In this document: positions 41,317 to 52,685 of the stretch, one piece after another | Position numbering within the stretch: the first letter of the stretch is position 1 | How the letters are laid out: each line of letters begins with the position of its first letter | Source: Polyangia bacterium | GTDB taxonomy: Bacteria > Myxococcota_A > Polyangia > Palsa-1104 > JAEUJZ01 | Direction: 5' to 3' | DNA length: 64,000 bases | Assembly: GCA_046351595.1 (NCBI GenBank) | Contig: JAXLYE010000002.1 | Span: 1,496,022-1,560,021 of the forward strand | Notes under the pieces: generated by a model | Told to the model about the DNA's origin: nothing | The model's input: the letters and a program-made list of their open reading frames with translations, nothing else | Database searches by the model: none | Position numbers and translations under genes: made by a program

Positions 41317-41796
41317 TCAGCCTCCTCCGCCCTTATCCGTCAGCGCGACGGTCGGGAATTTGGCCGAGATGACGATGTCCATCGTCTTGACGACCTTGTT
41401 GTAGATCACTGCGTCGTCCACCTTGATGGTGATGTCTTCCTTGTCCTGGTGCTCCTTCTTGGCAGCGGCCAGGGTGTCGGCAAGCTTCGCGTAGTCGTAC
41501 TCCTCGCCCTTCTTATCAATCTGGGTGCTCTCCCCGGTGGACTTGGAGAAGATGTACCCGTCTTGATTGATGAACAGGGTGAGCTGCACGGTCGGAGGAG
41601 GTGACTCGTCCGTCGGTGCGGCCCGGCCCTGGGCCTTCTGCGTCACGTCCATGCGCGCGAGCTGCGTCCACACGGCGGTGATGAGAAGGAACGAGATACA
41701 GCACGACAAGAGGTCGATAAACGGGACCAGGTTGATCGCGGCATCAAGGGGCTTTTTGCCGCCTTTGCCGCTCGGGGTAGGTGCTGCGCCGCCCAT
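41317..41796 (-). CDS. ExbD/TolR-family protein (second paralog)
   Basis: LVPFIDLLSCCISFLLITAV TM segment, an ExbD-like periplasmic domain, and a C-terminal GGGG. Confidence 0.8.
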   Translation of the reverse strand: MGGAAPTPSGKGGKKPLDAAINLVPFIDLLSCCISFLLITAVWTQLARMDVTQKAQGRAAPTDESPPPTVQLTLFINQDGYIFSKSTGESTQIDKKGEEYDYAKLADTLAAAKKEHQDKEDITIKVDDAVIYNKVVKTMDIVISAKFPTVALTDKGGGG

Positions 41797-41919
41797 CGGA
41801 TCACTCCTTCGTCAGAGACTCGGTGAAGGCCCCGGAAGCTCCTCGCTCCGCCGGTACTGCAGCGGTGCGGGCCCCGAGGCCCCTTTCTGACCCAAGCCCC
41901 CGTTCGTGTTCGTGTCGGC

Positions 41920-42576
41920 TTACGCGCCCTGGCCGCCGGCCTTCATCGCCTGCTTGTGGCCGACGACGAGGTTCACGACCTGGACCGAGACCTCGTTGAT
42001 GTCGTCGAGCGTGTGCTGCGTCCAGCCGTTGAGGATGGCGAACCACAGCAGCGCCGGGACCGCGCAGATGAGGCCGAACGCGGTGCAGTTCATGGCCTCG
42101 GAGATGCCCTTGGCGAGCAGGGTCGCCTTCATCGAGGGATCGACGCCGGCGACGCCAGCGAACGAGTGGATGAGGCCGAGGATGGTGCCGAGGAGGCCGA
42201 CGAGGGTGGCGACGTTGCCGAGCATGGCCAGGTAGCCGGTGCGCGCCTCGAGCCGCGGGATCTCCTTGAGCGCCTGCTCGTCCATCGAGGCCTGGACCTC
42301 GGCGTCGGGGCGGTTGAACTTGGTGAGACCAGCCTGGATGATGCGGGTGACCGGGGTCGGGTTGCCGCTGCAGACCTTGACGGCGCCCTGAATGTTGCCG
42401 GCCATGATCTGGCTCTTGAGCAGCGACAGGAGCTTCTCCTTATCGATGCCGGCCTTCTTCAGGTAGATCACGCGCTCGATCGAGATGCCCCACGCGATGA
42501 TCATCAGACCAAGGATCGGCCACATCGGCCAGCCACCTTCGTGGAACGCATCCGCCAGCGCCTTGAGCATGGACAT
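41920..42576 (-). CDS. MotA/TolQ/ExbB-family proton-channel protein (AglR-like candidate)
   Basis: Start MSMLKALADAFHEGGWPMWPILGLMIIAW. Three TM helices, and the conserved GLLGTILGLIHSF...TLLAKGISEAMNCTAFGLI region. Confidence 0.8.
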   Translation of the reverse strand: MSMLKALADAFHEGGWPMWPILGLMIIAWGISIERVIYLKKAGIDKEKLLSLLKSQIMAGNIQGAVKVCSGNPTPVTRIIQAGLTKFNRPDAEVQASMDEQALKEIPRLEARTGYLAMLGNVATLVGLLGTILGLIHSFAGVAGVDPSMKATLLAKGISEAMNCTAFGLICAVPALLWFAILNGWTQHTLDDINEVSVQVVNLVVGHKQAMKAGGQGA

Positions 42577-42960
42577 TGCCAGTACCTCCAGTGATCGGTT
42601 TGGGTCAGAACGTTGCGGCCATAGTACAAGCACGGCCAGTGCCAGCGGCCAAGATTTTTGGCCCGGCCGGCGAACCCTGCAGAACCCCGAGGCAAAACCG
42701 GATCAGCGACGGCGCGATCGTGGGGGAGGTCGCACCTTTAGGGGCGGGGAAATGCGCAACGGCAGCGGGGAATTTTGCCCCATCTCGACCCCCGCGCTGA
42801 CCCCCTCCGGGCCCCTGCATGGACCCGGCGTTGACCCCATCGGCGACCCAAGGAGCCCCTCTGAAGCGCAGCCTGGACCCAGGTTTGGACCCTTTGCGGC
42901 CAGCCGGTTCGGGACCGAGCGAAGGGCCGAGCGAGGGGCCGCACGCCCCTCTCGCCGCGC

Positions 42961-45102
42961 CTACCCGGTGCCGAGTCGGGCGCCCGGCAGCCCGAAGACC
43001 GCGAACGCCAGCCAGGCCGGGTCGCCCTCGGACCGGATCGACTCGCGCGCCTCGGCGATCGCCACCGCCAGCGGCCGGCCGGCGCTGAAGGCGCGGTAGA
43101 AGACCTCGGCGAACTGGCCGGCCTTCGCCGATGAGACCGGCCACGTCGTGGCGAGCACCGCGCCGACGCCGGCGGCCTGGAAGCGCTCGATCCACTGCGT
43201 GGTGCCGGCGGGCGACAGCGGCGCGCTCGGCGGGTTCGGCTCGCTCGCGCTGAGCAGGACGAAGCAGCCGTTGAGCGGCGGCGTCTGGCCGCTCTTGCGG
43301 TAGCGCACCGCCGGCGCGATCTGCACCGGCGTCAGCACGCCGTCTTCGAGGCGCAGGCTGGCGCCGCTCTTGTCGCCGCGGTCGAAGCCGCCCTGGCCGC
43401 TGATGTGCAGGCCGGCGATGCCGCCCTGCGCGAACAGCGCCTGGAGATCCGCGACCCGCCGCACTTGCTGCAGCCGCGCGTCGAGCTGCGCCAGGATCTG
43501 CTGCTCGCGCCGGACCAGCGCCTCGACGGCGGGCGGGGCCAGGAGGACACGCGGCGCCGGCTCGAAGCGGCTGCTGATGCTGCCGATGCCGGCGCGTGTC
43601 ATCGCCAGGCGCTCGGCCAGGTACGAGCCGGTCAGGCCGCGGCCGACGCGCACGAGCTCCCAGGGCACCCAGGTTTCGACGCAGTCGACCTGCAACAGCG
43701 TGCCCGGCTGGATCTGCCACAGCGCGTCGCGCACCGACGGCGGCAAGAGCGCGGCGGCCAGCGACTCGCCCAGGGTCTGCAGCGCCGACTCGCGCCCGCC
43801 GTCGGTCAGGGTGCCGATGCGCTCCAGGTCCTGGGTCGAGAGCATGGCGCGCACGCGATCGCCGAGCGGCACGTCGATGGGCGCCTCCCCGCTCGCCAGC
43901 GGCTCGCTGGTCTCGTCGCCGATCAGGCAGATCTCGACCTTGAGGCGGCGACGGCGCGACGCCTCGCTGCTGTGTGAGCCCGAGGTCGAGGGCGCGGGCG
44001 CGGCCTCCTTCTCGGGGTGATCACCGATCGGGCCGTACTCGCGCACGCGCAGCACCGCCTGCGGACCGCTGCCCTGCGGCAGGGTCTCCAGCGGCAGGCT
44101 GGCCTGGATGTCGCTCTGGACCAGCGGCTCTTTCGAGTCGCCGCTCTGCAGCTGCCGCACCTCGGGCCGCAGCACCAGGGTGCCGAGCCGCGCGCCGCGG
44201 TGGCAGATCGCGATCTCGACGCGGGCGGCGCCGGTCTCGCGGCCGCGCAGGTGCAGGACCAGGTCCCCCGACTGACCGCCCAGCTGCACCTGCATGCAGC
44301 CGTGGTCCGCCGGGTAGGCCTCGAGCTTGCCGTCGGGCAGGCTGAGGTAGATCTCGAGCGCGCAGGCCGAGCGCTGGCGCAGCCCCTGCTCGGCCCGTGT
44401 CGCGGTGCGGGCGTCGGCCCACAGCCGCAGGCTGATCTGCTCCTGCCCCGGCACCACCGCGGGCATGGCCGCGTGCAGGGTGAAGGCGAAGCCGACCTCG
44501 CGCAGGCCCGCGGACTCGCGCAGCGGCACGCGGTGGGGGCGCCCGTTCTCGGCCCGCCCCGTCGCCCACCCGTCGAGCCAGCTCATGCGGTGGGCCGGGC
44601 CGCGGCGCACCGGGTGCTCGCTCTCGCCCGAGGGCGTCTGTGGCTGCCCGGGCGGCGTCTGCTGCGCCGGCGGCGGGTGCATCGGCGTCGCGTGGCTGTC
44701 GCGCTCGGTGTCGGCGCTGGCCTGCGCCTGGATCGTGAACCCCGTCGGCGGCGGCCCGGTCGGCTGGCCCGCCGAGAGCTGCACGCTGATCACGAACTCG
44801 CCGATGTGCACCCGATCCTGCTCGGTGACGTGCACCGGCGCGAGCACCTTGCGGCCGTTGATATAGGTGCCGTTGGTGCTCTTCAGGTCGGTCAGCACCA
44901 GCCCCGTCGGCGTCGCCTCCAGCCGCGCGTGCCGCTTGGACACCTTGGCCGTCGGCAGCACCACGTCGTTGACGTCCGCGCGCCCGATGGTGACGAGCGC
45001 CTGGTCGAACTCGAACGAGCGGCTCTCGTTCTTGCTGCGGACGGTGACCACGAGCATTCGCGCGGACCTGGACCTGGGCGGCTTATTTTCGCACAGGTCC
45101 AC
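42961..45102 (-). CDS. FHA-domain protein with C-terminal CHAT-like (caspase-fold) domain in which the expected catalytic Cys position is Ser
   Basis: N-terminal FHA domain (VTIGRADVNDVVLPTAKVSKRHARLE...TNGTYINGRKV). C-terminal GLHISGQGG with the His retained, FVLLSASEPN where Ser replaces the Cys of the LSACE motif, and ATTWPVSS...FYRAF...AVAIAEA as the CHAT C-terminal signature. Confidence 0.65.
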   Translation of the reverse strand: MDLCENKPPRSRSARMLVVTVRSKNESRSFEFDQALVTIGRADVNDVVLPTAKVSKRHARLEATPTGLVLTDLKSTNGTYINGRKVLAPVHVTEQDRVHIGEFVISVQLSAGQPTGPPPTGFTIQAQASADTERDSHATPMHPPPAQQTPPGQPQTPSGESEHPVRRGPAHRMSWLDGWATGRAENGRPHRVPLRESAGLREVGFAFTLHAAMPAVVPGQEQISLRLWADARTATRAEQGLRQRSACALEIYLSLPDGKLEAYPADHGCMQVQLGGQSGDLVLHLRGRETGAARVEIAICHRGARLGTLVLRPEVRQLQSGDSKEPLVQSDIQASLPLETLPQGSGPQAVLRVREYGPIGDHPEKEAAPAPSTSGSHSSEASRRRRLKVEICLIGDETSEPLASGEAPIDVPLGDRVRAMLSTQDLERIGTLTDGGRESALQTLGESLAAALLPPSVRDALWQIQPGTLLQVDCVETWVPWELVRVGRGLTGSYLAERLAMTRAGIGSISSRFEPAPRVLLAPPAVEALVRREQQILAQLDARLQQVRRVADLQALFAQGGIAGLHISGQGGFDRGDKSGASLRLEDGVLTPVQIAPAVRYRKSGQTPPLNGCFVLLSASEPNPPSAPLSPAGTTQWIERFQAAGVGAVLATTWPVSSAKAGQFAEVFYRAFSAGRPLAVAIAEARESIRSEGDPAWLAFAVFGLPGARLGTG

Positions 45103-45275
45103 GGCGGGCTGTGAGCTCAGACTGACCGGAAGCTACAAATTCACCGCGCGCCGACGGGGCAATGGCGCGCGTGGCCGGCTGGGACGCGCTCGGTCCGAGC
45201 CTCTGTGTCGGGAGGAAGGTGTCAGGAAGGAGGCAGAAGGCGAGAGCGAGGCAGGAGGGCGGGAAGGCCCTCCCC

Positions 45276-46646
45276 TCAATGATGGATGGAGGTGAACATG
45301 CGGCGCAGGCGCACCACGGCGCGCTCGCCCGTGGACCACCAGATGAACCAGGCCTTGCCCTTGATCAGGCGGTAGTGGACGTAGTTGCCGAACGGCCAGA
45401 AGCGGCTGTCGTAGCTGTTGTCGCGGTTGTCGCCCATCACGAACACCGAGTCGTGCGGCACCAGGAACGAGTGGCACTCGCGCGGCGGCAGGTTCTCGGT
45501 GCGGGTGCTCTGCACCACGGTGTAGCTCTCGTCGCCGTTCCACTCGCGGTAGGCGACGCACGAGCTCCGGCGCCAGCTCGCGGCCGGGTTCTCCTCGTCG
45601 AAGTCCTCGTACTCGCAGGGGCCGGTGACGGGCTCGCGGCGCAGCTCGGTGCCGTTGATCTTCACGCGCGCGTCGATCAGGTTTGAGCCGTAGCCGCAGA
45701 CCTCGATGCTGTCGCCGGGGATGCCGACGATGCGCTTTATGTAGTCCTTCTCGGGGTCGTTCGGGAAGACGAAGACGATGACCTCGCCGCGGCGCGGCTC
45801 GCGCAGGTGCGACAGGATCTTGGTGTCCGTCCACGGGATGCGGGCGCCGTAGAGGAACTTCTTCACGAAGATGTGATCGCCGACCTCCAGCGTCGGGATC
45901 ATCGAGCCCGAGGGGATCTTGAAGGCCTCGATGACGAAGGCGCGCAAGAGCAGCGCGATCAGCACCGCGACGCCGATCGACTCGGAGTACTCGCGCGCGC
46001 CGCCCTTGCGGGCATCGGCCAGGTGCGCCTCGAGCTCGTTCTCCAGCGTCGTCAGCGCCCGCGCGATAGGATCGAGCGCACCGGTCGCCTCGGTGTCCTT
46101 GAGCGCCGTCTCGAGCCGCGAGGTCGCCGCGGTGACCGAGCCGCGCGCCTTCTCGGACAGCCGGCCGCCCTGCTTCTTCAGGCGCCGCCGCGACTCCTTG
46201 ACCGCGAGCTCGGCGTCGTGGCGCAGCACCAGCTCGTCGCGCGCGCGCTCGATGGTGCGGCGGAACAAGAGGTAGGGCACGCCGAGCACCGCGCCGACGA
46301 GCAGCCCGGCGAGCAGCGCCCGCGCCAGCCCCGGCCACGGCAGCCCCGACAGGTCGAAGCGGTTGGTGACCAGGATGACGGCGACGAACGCGGCGACGTA
46401 CAGCGGGAAGACCAGCAGCCAGATGTGCGTCAGCCCCTTGAGCAGCCAGCGCGGCGCCGGGTGCTCGCTCGCAGCGGGCGAGGCGGCGGCATCGACCGCG
46501 CGCGCGTCACCGTCCTTGTCGCTGTCGCCTTCATTGTCACCATCTGGGGCGCCCGCGCCCGACGGCGCGGAGCCCTCGGGGCTCGCGGCGGTCGCCGGCG
46601 CGCCGGGTTCGCTGGCCTCTTTTTCGGGCGGCGGCTTCTGGCTCAT
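45276..46646 (-). CDS. lepB: Signal peptidase I (LepB) with ~200-aa N-terminal extension (disordered + TM + coiled-coil)
   Basis: Catalytic boxes IPSGSMIPTL (Ser) and KRIVGIPGD (Lys), VMGDNRDNSYDSRFWG. Start MSQKPPPEKE lies 2 nt after the lepA stop. Confidence 0.85.
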   Translation of the reverse strand: MSQKPPPEKEASEPGAPATAASPEGSAPSGAGAPDGDNEGDSDKDGDARAVDAAASPAASEHPAPRWLLKGLTHIWLLVFPLYVAAFVAVILVTNRFDLSGLPWPGLARALLAGLLVGAVLGVPYLLFRRTIERARDELVLRHDAELAVKESRRRLKKQGGRLSEKARGSVTAATSRLETALKDTEATGALDPIARALTTLENELEAHLADARKGGAREYSESIGVAVLIALLLRAFVIEAFKIPSGSMIPTLEVGDHIFVKKFLYGARIPWTDTKILSHLREPRRGEVIVFVFPNDPEKDYIKRIVGIPGDSIEVCGYGSNLIDARVKINGTELRREPVTGPCEYEDFDEENPAASWRRSSCVAYREWNGDESYTVVQSTRTENLPPRECHSFLVPHDSVFVMGDNRDNSYDSRFWPFGNYVHYRLIKGKAWFIWWSTGERAVVRLRRMFTSIHH

Positions 46647-46648
46647 CG

Positions 46649-48571
<1,923 letters not shown>

Positions 48572-48708
48572 GCTCGTGCCAGGCTCTCTACAGGCTTCTT
48601 TAAACGGATCGCAAAACGCGGGGCCGCGGGGCGCGGCGTGCGGAGTATAGGGGCCCCTTGGGCCGGAAGGCTAGCAGCTAGGCCCGTGCCGGGACGAATC
48701 GTGGCGGC

Positions 48709-48939
48709 TCAGGTCCCGGGCGAAGCGCCCTCTTTGTCTTTCTCGCTGCGGCGCCACAGGTCATCGAACACGAGCTGGCGCTGCGGGTTTGTGAGCTCCT
48801 GGTGCCGCGCGAGGATCAGGTCGATGCCCTGGCGGATGTACTCGGCGACCGGCACCTTGGTGTGCTCGTTGAGGCGCTTTAGCGCCTCGTTCTGCTCCTC
48901 GGTGATGTAGATCGTCGTCGAGACCTTCCTGCGCGACAT
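48709..48939 (-). CDS. Ribbon-helix-helix (CopG/Arc/MetJ-like) small DNA-binding protein
   Basis: MSRRKVSTTIYITEEQNEALKRLNEHTKVPVAEYIRQGIDLILARH has the RHH beta-strand + two-helix pattern. Confidence 0.6.
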   Translation of the reverse strand: MSRRKVSTTIYITEEQNEALKRLNEHTKVPVAEYIRQGIDLILARHQELTNPQRQLVFDDLWRRSEKDKEGASPGT

Positions 48940-49087
48940 GCGGCGCAGCATACATGAGCCGGCTTTTGACGGAAAAAAAGCCCGCGCGGCCCGCCCGTTG
49001 AGCGCCCGTTGAGCGCCCGTTGACCGGTTGAAGACCCGATCCGCGAGCGCGTTCCGTTGTTGCCAAGCGGGGCCAAATCTTGGTCAG

Positions 49088-50248
49088 ATGGCCGCCATGC
49101 TGATGACCTTCTTCCGCGAAGAGCACGAGCTTTACCGTCGGTCCGTGAGCCAGTTCCTTGAGAAGGAGATCGCGCCCCACGCCGAGGAGTGGGAAAAGGC
49201 CGAGGAGTTCCCGCGCTGGGTGTTCAAGCGCTGCGGCGAGCTCGGCTTCCTCGGCTCGCACTTCCCCGAGGACTGCGGCGGCTCGGGCGGCGACTGGTGG
49301 TACAGCGCGGTCTGGGGCGAGTGCATGGTCAAGGCACGCAGCGCCGGCGTGGCCATGGCCCTCATGGTGCAGAGCGACATGGCGACGCCGATCATCGCCG
49401 AGCTCGGGACGCGCGAGCAGAAGGACGAGTTCCTCGCCCCGGCGCTGCGCGGCGACAAGATCGCGGCCCTCGGCGTCTCCGAGCCGGGCGCCGGCAGCGA
49501 CGTCGCCAGCATCCGCACCACCGCGCGCAAGGTCGGCGGCGACTACGTCATCAACGGCGCCAAGTGCTGGATCACCAACGGCACGCGCGCCGACTTCATC
49601 ACCCTGGCGGTGCGCACCGGCGCCGAGGGCTCCGGCTTCGGCGGCATCTCGCTCGTCACCTTCCCGACGGACGTCAAGGGCTTCAAGGTGACGCGCAAGA
49701 TCAAGAAGATCGGCAACCACGCCTCGGACACCGCCGAGCTGTCCTTCGAGGACTGCAAGATCCCGCAGCGGTACCTCCTCGGGCAGGAGAACCACGGCTT
49801 CTACTACATCATGATGAACTTCCAGGGCGAGCGGCTGATCGCGGCGGTCAGCGCCGTGTCCGGCGCCCAGCAGTGCCTCGACGAGACGATCAAGTACACC
49901 TCCGATCGCACCGCCTTCGGCCGCCCGATCCTCAAGTTCCAGGTCTGGCGCCACACGTTCGCCGAGCTCGCCACCGAGATCGAGGCCGCGCGCTGGCTCA
50001 CCTACCGCGCCGTCGACCTCTTCAACCGCAAGGAGGAGGCGGTCAAAGAGATCACGATGGCCAAGCTCAAGGCCGGCGAGCTCGCCTGCCGCGTCGCCGA
50101 CCGCTGCCTGCAGGCGCACGGCGGCTTCGGCTACGCCGAGGAGTTCCCGATCTCGCGCTACTACCGCGACGTCCGCCTGATCACCATCGGCGGCGGCACC
50201 TCGGAGATCATGAAGGAGATCATCTCCAAGCGCCTCGGCTGGGGCTGA
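49088..50248 (+). CDS. Acyl-CoA dehydrogenase
   Basis: Start MAAMLMTFFREEHE. ..GVSEPGAGSDVASIRTTA.., CWITNG, and C-terminal YRDVRLITIGGGTSEIMKEIISKRLG. Confidence 0.9.
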   Translation: MAAMLMTFFREEHELYRRSVSQFLEKEIAPHAEEWEKAEEFPRWVFKRCGELGFLGSHFPEDCGGSGGDWWYSAVWGECMVKARSAGVAMALMVQSDMATPIIAELGTREQKDEFLAPALRGDKIAALGVSEPGAGSDVASIRTTARKVGGDYVINGAKCWITNGTRADFITLAVRTGAEGSGFGGISLVTFPTDVKGFKVTRKIKKIGNHASDTAELSFEDCKIPQRYLLGQENHGFYYIMMNFQGERLIAAVSAVSGAQQCLDETIKYTSDRTAFGRPILKFQVWRHTFAELATEIEAARWLTYRAVDLFNRKEEAVKEITMAKLKAGELACRVADRCLQAHGGFGYAEEFPISRYYRDVRLITIGGGTSEIMKEIISKRLGWG

Positions 50249-50344
50249 GCGCGCGCCGTCGGTATACTGCCTGAATGTCGGCCGCGGCCGGGCGTCGAAC
50301 CGGCGTCAGGTGCTGCGGGACTCTGGGGTCCCCGGTCGGTCGAC

Positions 50345-51307
50345 ATGGAGGCGCTATCGATGGCCAATGACACGATGAACACTCCCCGCTCGTCGCTGCG
50401 CTCGCTCGCACGGGCTGCCCTCTGGGCCCTCGGCGCCGCGGCGCTCGCGGTCGGATCGAGCGCCGCCGCCCCGAAGCTGGCGAGCGCCGAGCCGGCCACC
50501 ATGCCCGGGGCGAGCGGGCAGGCGGCTGCTCCGGCTCCCGCCCCGCGCCCCGCCCCGAGCAACCGCCAGGGCGAGGCCTACACCTTCTCGCTGCGCTTCC
50601 TCGGCTCGGTCGACGCGGGCCGCGCCCGCCTGGCGATCGCGCCGCCGCAGAAGCGCGGCGCCGACACCGTGATCCACGTCGTCGGCGAGGGCGAGGCCGT
50701 CGGCTTCGCCAAGGCGCTCACCGGGCTGCACGAGGACTACCGCCTGGTCCTCGACGCCGGCACGCTCTTGCCGCGGCACATGCAGTTCAACGAGACCGGC
50801 ATGCGCACCCGCACCGCGACGCTGACCATGACCGGCAAGAAGATCGACATCACGGTCAAGCGCCCCGACAGCGAGCGCCGCGTCATCGCCACCATGCCGA
50901 GCGAGCCGGTCGAGCCGGTGGCGGTGCTGCTCATGCTGCGCGCCGCCCGCCTCAAGGACGGCGACAAGCTGGACCTGACCTTCATCGACGGCGCCGCGTT
51001 CTACCAGGGCACCATCGAGGTCGTCGGTCGCGAGGAGATCCGCACCGCCATCGGCGCGCGCGCCGCGATCAAGCTGGCCTGCCGCGGCGAGCGCATCAAC
51101 GAGTTCGGGCAGAAGGTGCCCAACCGCCCGGTGCGCCAGGGCACGGTCTGGGTCTCGGACGACGCCGAGCGGCTGCCGCTGCGCATCGAGGGCGAGAGCG
51201 AGCTCGGTCGAGCCGAGTTCGCCCTGACCAGCTACGACCTCGGCCGCCGCCCCCTGCCCCTGCCCAAGAAGCTCGTCGGCGTAACCGAGCACCAGGCAGC
51301 CGACTGA
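50345..51307 (+). CDS. Secreted protein, DUF3108-like
   Basis: Signal peptide (LARAALWALGAAALAVGSSAAAP). Single globular domain with YTFSLRFLG...ARLAIAP..., a beta-rich pattern typical of DUF3108. Confidence 0.5.
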   Translation: MEALSMANDTMNTPRSSLRSLARAALWALGAAALAVGSSAAAPKLASAEPATMPGASGQAAAPAPAPRPAPSNRQGEAYTFSLRFLGSVDAGRARLAIAPPQKRGADTVIHVVGEGEAVGFAKALTGLHEDYRLVLDAGTLLPRHMQFNETGMRTRTATLTMTGKKIDITVKRPDSERRVIATMPSEPVEPVAVLLMLRAARLKDGDKLDLTFIDGAAFYQGTIEVVGREEIRTAIGARAAIKLACRGERINEFGQKVPNRPVRQGTVWVSDDAERLPLRIEGESELGRAEFALTSYDLGRRPLPLPKKLVGVTEHQAAD

Positions 51308-51480
51308 CCCCGACCTTCTTCCGTAAGGAGGTGCGGGTGGCGCCGGAGGGAGGGCTCCCGACGCGCAAGCGGCGGGATTCCCGCAGGCGACAGGTCCCGC
51401 ACCGTGACTTCCAAGGACTCTGTGCTTGACACCAGAGCGGCGATCCAGTTAATTCCTTGGGCTCTCTAAGGAATCAGCGC

Positions 51481-51945
51481 ATGTCTACCCCGATTCGACG
51501 CACCCCGCAGCTCACCGCCAAGCAGGCCCAGGACAACCGCAAGTGGCACGTTGTCGACGTGGCGGGCCTGACGCTGGGCCGCGCCGCGACGCAGATCGCG
51601 ACGCTGCTCCGCGGCAAGCACAAGCCCACCTTCACGCCCAACACCGACTGCGGTGACTTCGTGGTCGTGCTCAATGCCCAGAAGGTCAACCTGACCGGCA
51701 AGAAGCTCGACGACAAGATCTACCGCCACCACTCGCTCTTCCTCGGCGGCCTCAAGGAGCGCCCGGCCAAGGAGATGATCGCCACCCGCTCGCACGAGGT
51801 CATTCGTCGCGCGGTGTGGGGCATGCTCCCCAAGGGCCCGCTCGGCCGCGTCATCATCAAGAAGCTCAAGGTCTACTCCGGCGCCGAGCACCGCCACGAG
51901 GCGCAGCAGCCGCAGAAGCAGACCTTGAAGACCATGCGTCACTAA
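51481..51945 (+). CDS. rplM: 50S ribosomal protein L13
   Basis: KWHVVDVAGLTLGRAATQIATLLRGKHKPTFTPNTDCGDFVVVLNA...YRHHSLFLGGLKE. Confidence 0.9.
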   Translation: MSTPIRRTPQLTAKQAQDNRKWHVVDVAGLTLGRAATQIATLLRGKHKPTFTPNTDCGDFVVVLNAQKVNLTGKKLDDKIYRHHSLFLGGLKERPAKEMIATRSHEVIRRAVWGMLPKGPLGRVIIKKLKVYSGAEHRHEAQQPQKQTLKTMRH

Positions 51946-51983
51946 ACGCGCTCAGACGAGCCTGAGAGATCACGAGTTCGCCA

Positions 51984-52385
51984 ATGGCTAACGTTGACCG
52001 AAACGCTGTGTACGCCACCGGCCGCCGCAAGGAGGCCGTTGCGCGTGTGTGGATGATGCCCGGCTCCGGGAAGATCACCATCAACCGCCGTGACATCGAT
52101 AACTTCTTCGGGCGCGCCACCTCGAAGATGATCCTGCGCCAGCCGCTGGAGCTTACCTCCACGACCGGCAACTACGACGTGTACGTCAACGTTGCCGGCG
52201 GCGGCATGACCGGCCAGGCCAACGCCATCAAGCTCGGCATCACGCGCGCGCTGATGAAGATGAACCCGGGGCTGCGCCCGTCGCTCAAGCAGGCTGGTTA
52301 CGTCACCCGTGACCCGCGCTGCAAGGAGCGCAAGAAGTACGGACAGCGCGGCGCCCGCGCCCGCTTCCAGTTCTCGAAGCGCTAA
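51984..52385 (+). CDS. rpsI: 30S ribosomal protein S9
   Basis: [28 protein letters not shown]...C-terminal [24 protein letters not shown]. Confidence 0.95.
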   Translation: MANVDRNAVYATGRRKEAVARVWMMPGSGKITINRRDIDNFFGRATSKMILRQPLELTSTTGNYDVYVNVAGGGMTGQANAIKLGITRALMKMNPGLRPSLKQAGYVTRDPRCKERKKYGQRGARARFQFSKR

Positions 52386-52443
52386 GCGCGATCGGCTCGC
52401 GGCTCGGATCGTCGATCCGGGTCGCGTCGGCTGCTCCCGTCTC

Positions 52444-52487
52444 GGAGCTCACGACCCCAGGTCGTGCGGCTCCGATGTCTATTTGTG
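52444..52487 (+). terminator. Putative intrinsic terminator after rplM-rpsI
   Basis: GGAGCtCACGACCccaGGTCGTGcGGCTCC nested hairpin followed by gatgtctatttgtgg. Confidence 0.4.
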
Positions 52488-52685
52488 GAGCGGCCTGGCC
52501 GCCGTCCGCCAGGGCGGTTGGTCGCCGTCCCCGCCTCCCTCCGCAACAACGCTTGAGCCTCGGGGCCCGCGATCGTGGATCCGGGCCCCGTGGTCGCGGC
52601 GTGCGGCTCCCGCCCGGGCGGTCCGCGTCCATCCTGTAGTAAGTCCACGTTGCGCTGGCGATCCCGGCTGGCGCACGATCGGATC

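Noticed and set aside
42577-42960. Possible small RNA or mobile-element remnant in the 380-bp region upstream of the motor operon (eight GACCC pentamers).
   Set aside because: There is no bounded repeat structure, terminator or ORF. It is more simply a long GC-rich promoter/5' UTR and is mentioned only in the motor-cluster finding.
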